DNA of 63,028 nt, counting the filler, from Lenisia limosa (lineage: Eukaryota > Protista > Breviatea), in the NCBI GenBank assembly GCA_001655205.1. It is 9 parts of 9 records of this genome, joined end to end, with 100 filler letters (N's around TTAATTAATTAA, not from the genome) between each part and the next. Parts side by side here need not be neighbours in the genome. Positions count along the whole stretch, not along the records: positions 59,344 to 60,884 come from LPNZ01000244.1; positions 60,985 to 63,028 come from LPNZ01004077.1; 7 more parts are not named here. One strand, written 5' to 3'. Position numbers and translations under genes: made by a program. The notes beneath the pieces are model-generated. The model was not told where the DNA came from. It did not search any database and saw only the letters and a program-made list of their open reading frames with translations. This document shows positions 60,861 to 63,028 of the stretch, one piece after another (position 1 is the first letter of the stretch; each line of letters begins with the position of its first letter).

Positions 60861-61544
60861 GCAAATAATTGGGATCAGAGGGGGNNNNNNNNNNNNNNNN
60901 NNNNNNNNNNNNNNNNNNNNNNNNNNNNTTAATTAATTAANNNNNNNNNNNNNNNNNNNNNNNNNNNNNNNNNNNNNNNNNNNNACTCCAGCTTATGTTA
61001 GTTGGGTAGAATGCCAAAAACCAATACATCAAAGTGAATCATATATCATATATGTAGTACCAAATGAGACAATAAAAGAATATATCTGGCCATAGCCGTC
61101 CCACTATCACGTTTATAGCTATACCCCCTCTCCCCCATGATTGGGCGAATTAAAAATATACCATATATAGCTATAAGCTGGGGTGGACAGCTTCAGCCAG
61201 ATTCAATCTTGTTTATTTCTGAATATAGACCACCCACAGAAGACACCTCAGTTTGAAGTTTGGCAATTTGAGTGTCCTTTTTGGCGTTTTTGAGTTGCGA
61301 GTCCTAGAAATAAATTAATTACTTTGTAAAACGATGTGTTTTGGGTTCAGTTTCAACAGAACCCCCCCCCCCCCNNNNNNNNNNNNNNNNNNNNNNNNNN
61401 NNNNNNNNNNNNNNNNNNNNNNNNNNNNNNNNNNNNNNNNNNNNNNNNNNNNNNNNNNNNNNNNNNTATATCAATGATTGATGTCAGTATCTTTGACTAT
61501 TATAAATGATTGTATTTGGGTAGAGATCCCTTTCTATCGGAGTA

Positions 61545-62455
61545 AAGCCCAATGTTTGCCCATTCCCAACAAACCGTCAGTTGTTTAACCACATCGTCTT
61601 TGTCTTTCTCGTGACCAGCAATATCCTCGAAGCATCCTTGTAGTCTCTGGGTCAACTCCGCTCTAATTCGAGGTTAAATAGGAGGGAAGCTGTTGGAGAT
61701 CATAATGGGATATTCTCAGATTTTCTTATTTGGATTTCTAGAAGTTCATAAGGAGGAATTCTAGATAGTTTTAAGGTGATTTCAAAGGATTTCTACTAGT
61801 GTAGCTCAGATATCTGGAGGCTTTCTCCAAGGATTTCTTAGAAGGGAGTTCCACAGGCTTACGACTGTTCCTGGGCAGCCATTCGTAAAGATGCCTCTTC
61901 CATTACCTGGGGGAGTAANNNNNNNNNNNNNNNNNNNNNNNNNNNNNNNNNNNNNNNNNNNNNNNNNNNNNNNNNNNNNNNNNNNNNACAACAACAAAAA
62001 AAAACTGGAAAACTTAGACTCTGTTGGCTGACAACACAAGAGGGTTGATCACAACAAAACTCAAAAAATTTATGAAACCAAAAGGTGGGATGAAAACTAG
62101 AGCCTCACTTTCGGTTCCAAAAGACTGATAGGATATCGATATTTATCGAGAATTATCGAGATTCAGCCTTTTTTGGGACCGTAGGGAAGCCGCCCTAAAT
62201 ACCCCTCACAGTAACATCCCACTAAGGCTTCACTTCGGTTTGAAAAATACCGGGGAAATATCGATAGTTTTCGAGGATTTATCGGGAATTCAGTCTTTTT
62301 TGAAAACCGTAGGGGAAGTTCAGGCAAAAACGAAAGACCCACTTTGTTCTGCTCAGCCTCAAGTAGCCCGGCCTGGAGTGCAAGAGCCTCCTCTCCATCA
62401 CGTTTCATTTGGTCCATTATGTCGGCCGCCTTGCTTAGAGTTGCGCTGTGGGGGT
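61545..62455 (-). CDS. Internal exons of a coiled-coil protein, unidentified
   Basis: SATLSKAADIMDQMKRDGEEALALQAGLLEAEQNK|gtggg; VMEEASLRMAAQEQS|gtaag; IRAELTQRLQGCFEDIAGHEKDKDDVVKQLT|gtttg. Confidence 0.45.
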
Positions 62456-63028
62456 NNNNNNNNNNNNNNNNNNNNNNNNNNNNNNNNNNNNNNNNNNNNN
62501 NNNNNNNNNNNNNNNNNNNNNNNNNNNNNNNNNNNNNNNNNNNNNNNNNNNNNNNNNNNNNNNNNNNNNNNNNNNNNNNNNNNNNNNNNNNNNNNNNNNN
62601 NNNNNNNNNNNNNNNNNNNNNNNNNNNNNNNNNNNNNNNNNNNNNNNNNNNNNNNNNNNNNNNNNNNNNNNNNNNNNNNNNNNNNNNNNNNNNNNNNNNN
62701 NNNNNNNNNNNNNNNNNNNNNNNNNNNNNNNNNNNNNNNNNNNNNNAACTTTCGCAGATATTTGGAGACAATCCGCGGGAATTATTGTATAGATAACAAA
62801 ATACTTCAACAAAAGTAAATCCCAAAAATCTTCTCAATTAGTATTATAAAAATAATACAGGGGAGGGACGCAGAAGCTGTGTATCCAGAGTTTTTAGGCA
62901 AATATATGGTGACTTAATATGATACTACTATAATTCAATATCTCTTATCAGCGTGGTGGATGCTTCGGCCCTTACTTTTTTTTATTTCTCATTGGTGTAT
63001 AATTTTGAGAGTAAAAAAAAGCCACCCC

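Noticed and set aside
1-63028. Alternative genetic code or stop-codon readthrough
   Set aside because: Conserved genes end in TAG (SF3B1), TAA (TAT) and TGA (epimerase), and I found no in-frame stops in conserved exons.
1-63028. U12-type introns, or Introner-type elements forming whole introns
   Set aside because: No RTATCCTT donor was found at a supported junction. The repeat families lie inside larger introns rather than defining their boundaries.
1-63028. tRNA, rRNA, snoRNA, CRISPR arrays, transposase or reverse transcriptase ORFs
   Set aside because: None were recognisable by eye. tRNAscan-SE, Infernal and RepeatModeler would be needed to exclude them.

Overview
Draft genomic DNA from an intron-dense eukaryote. 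It uses the standard genetic code (TAA, TAG and TGA each end conserved genes) and has GT-AG introns from about 40 bp upward, often with CTAAC-like branch points. There are many N gaps. Eight of them are 100-bp artificial spacers (44 N + TTAATTAATTAA + 44 N), and several join unrelated gene fragments, so adjacency across them cannot be trusted. I spliced exons by eye. Recognisable genes: a Nup214-like N-terminus, an ABC1/ADCK2-like kinase C-terminus, an At5g01010-like GOLD-domain protein, IFT52, a 4xWW proline-rich protein, SF3B1, presequence protease (PITRM1/PreP), a candidate MEI1/PRD1-like protein, exocyst Sec6/EXOC3, a membrane-anchored bacterial-type NDP-sugar epimerase, a tyrosine aminotransferase C-terminus and a stand-alone shikimate kinase. 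Several orphan gene fragments are also present. IFT52 and a presequence-bearing PreP suggest a flagellated organism with conventional mitochondria; I cannot name the species. The most unusual signals are non-coding: introns with G-runs at the 5' end and C-runs at the 3' end, relaxed GTNNG donors, and four short dispersed repeat families including a roughly 90-bp palindromic MITE-like element. All family assignments come from remembered motifs, not database searches.
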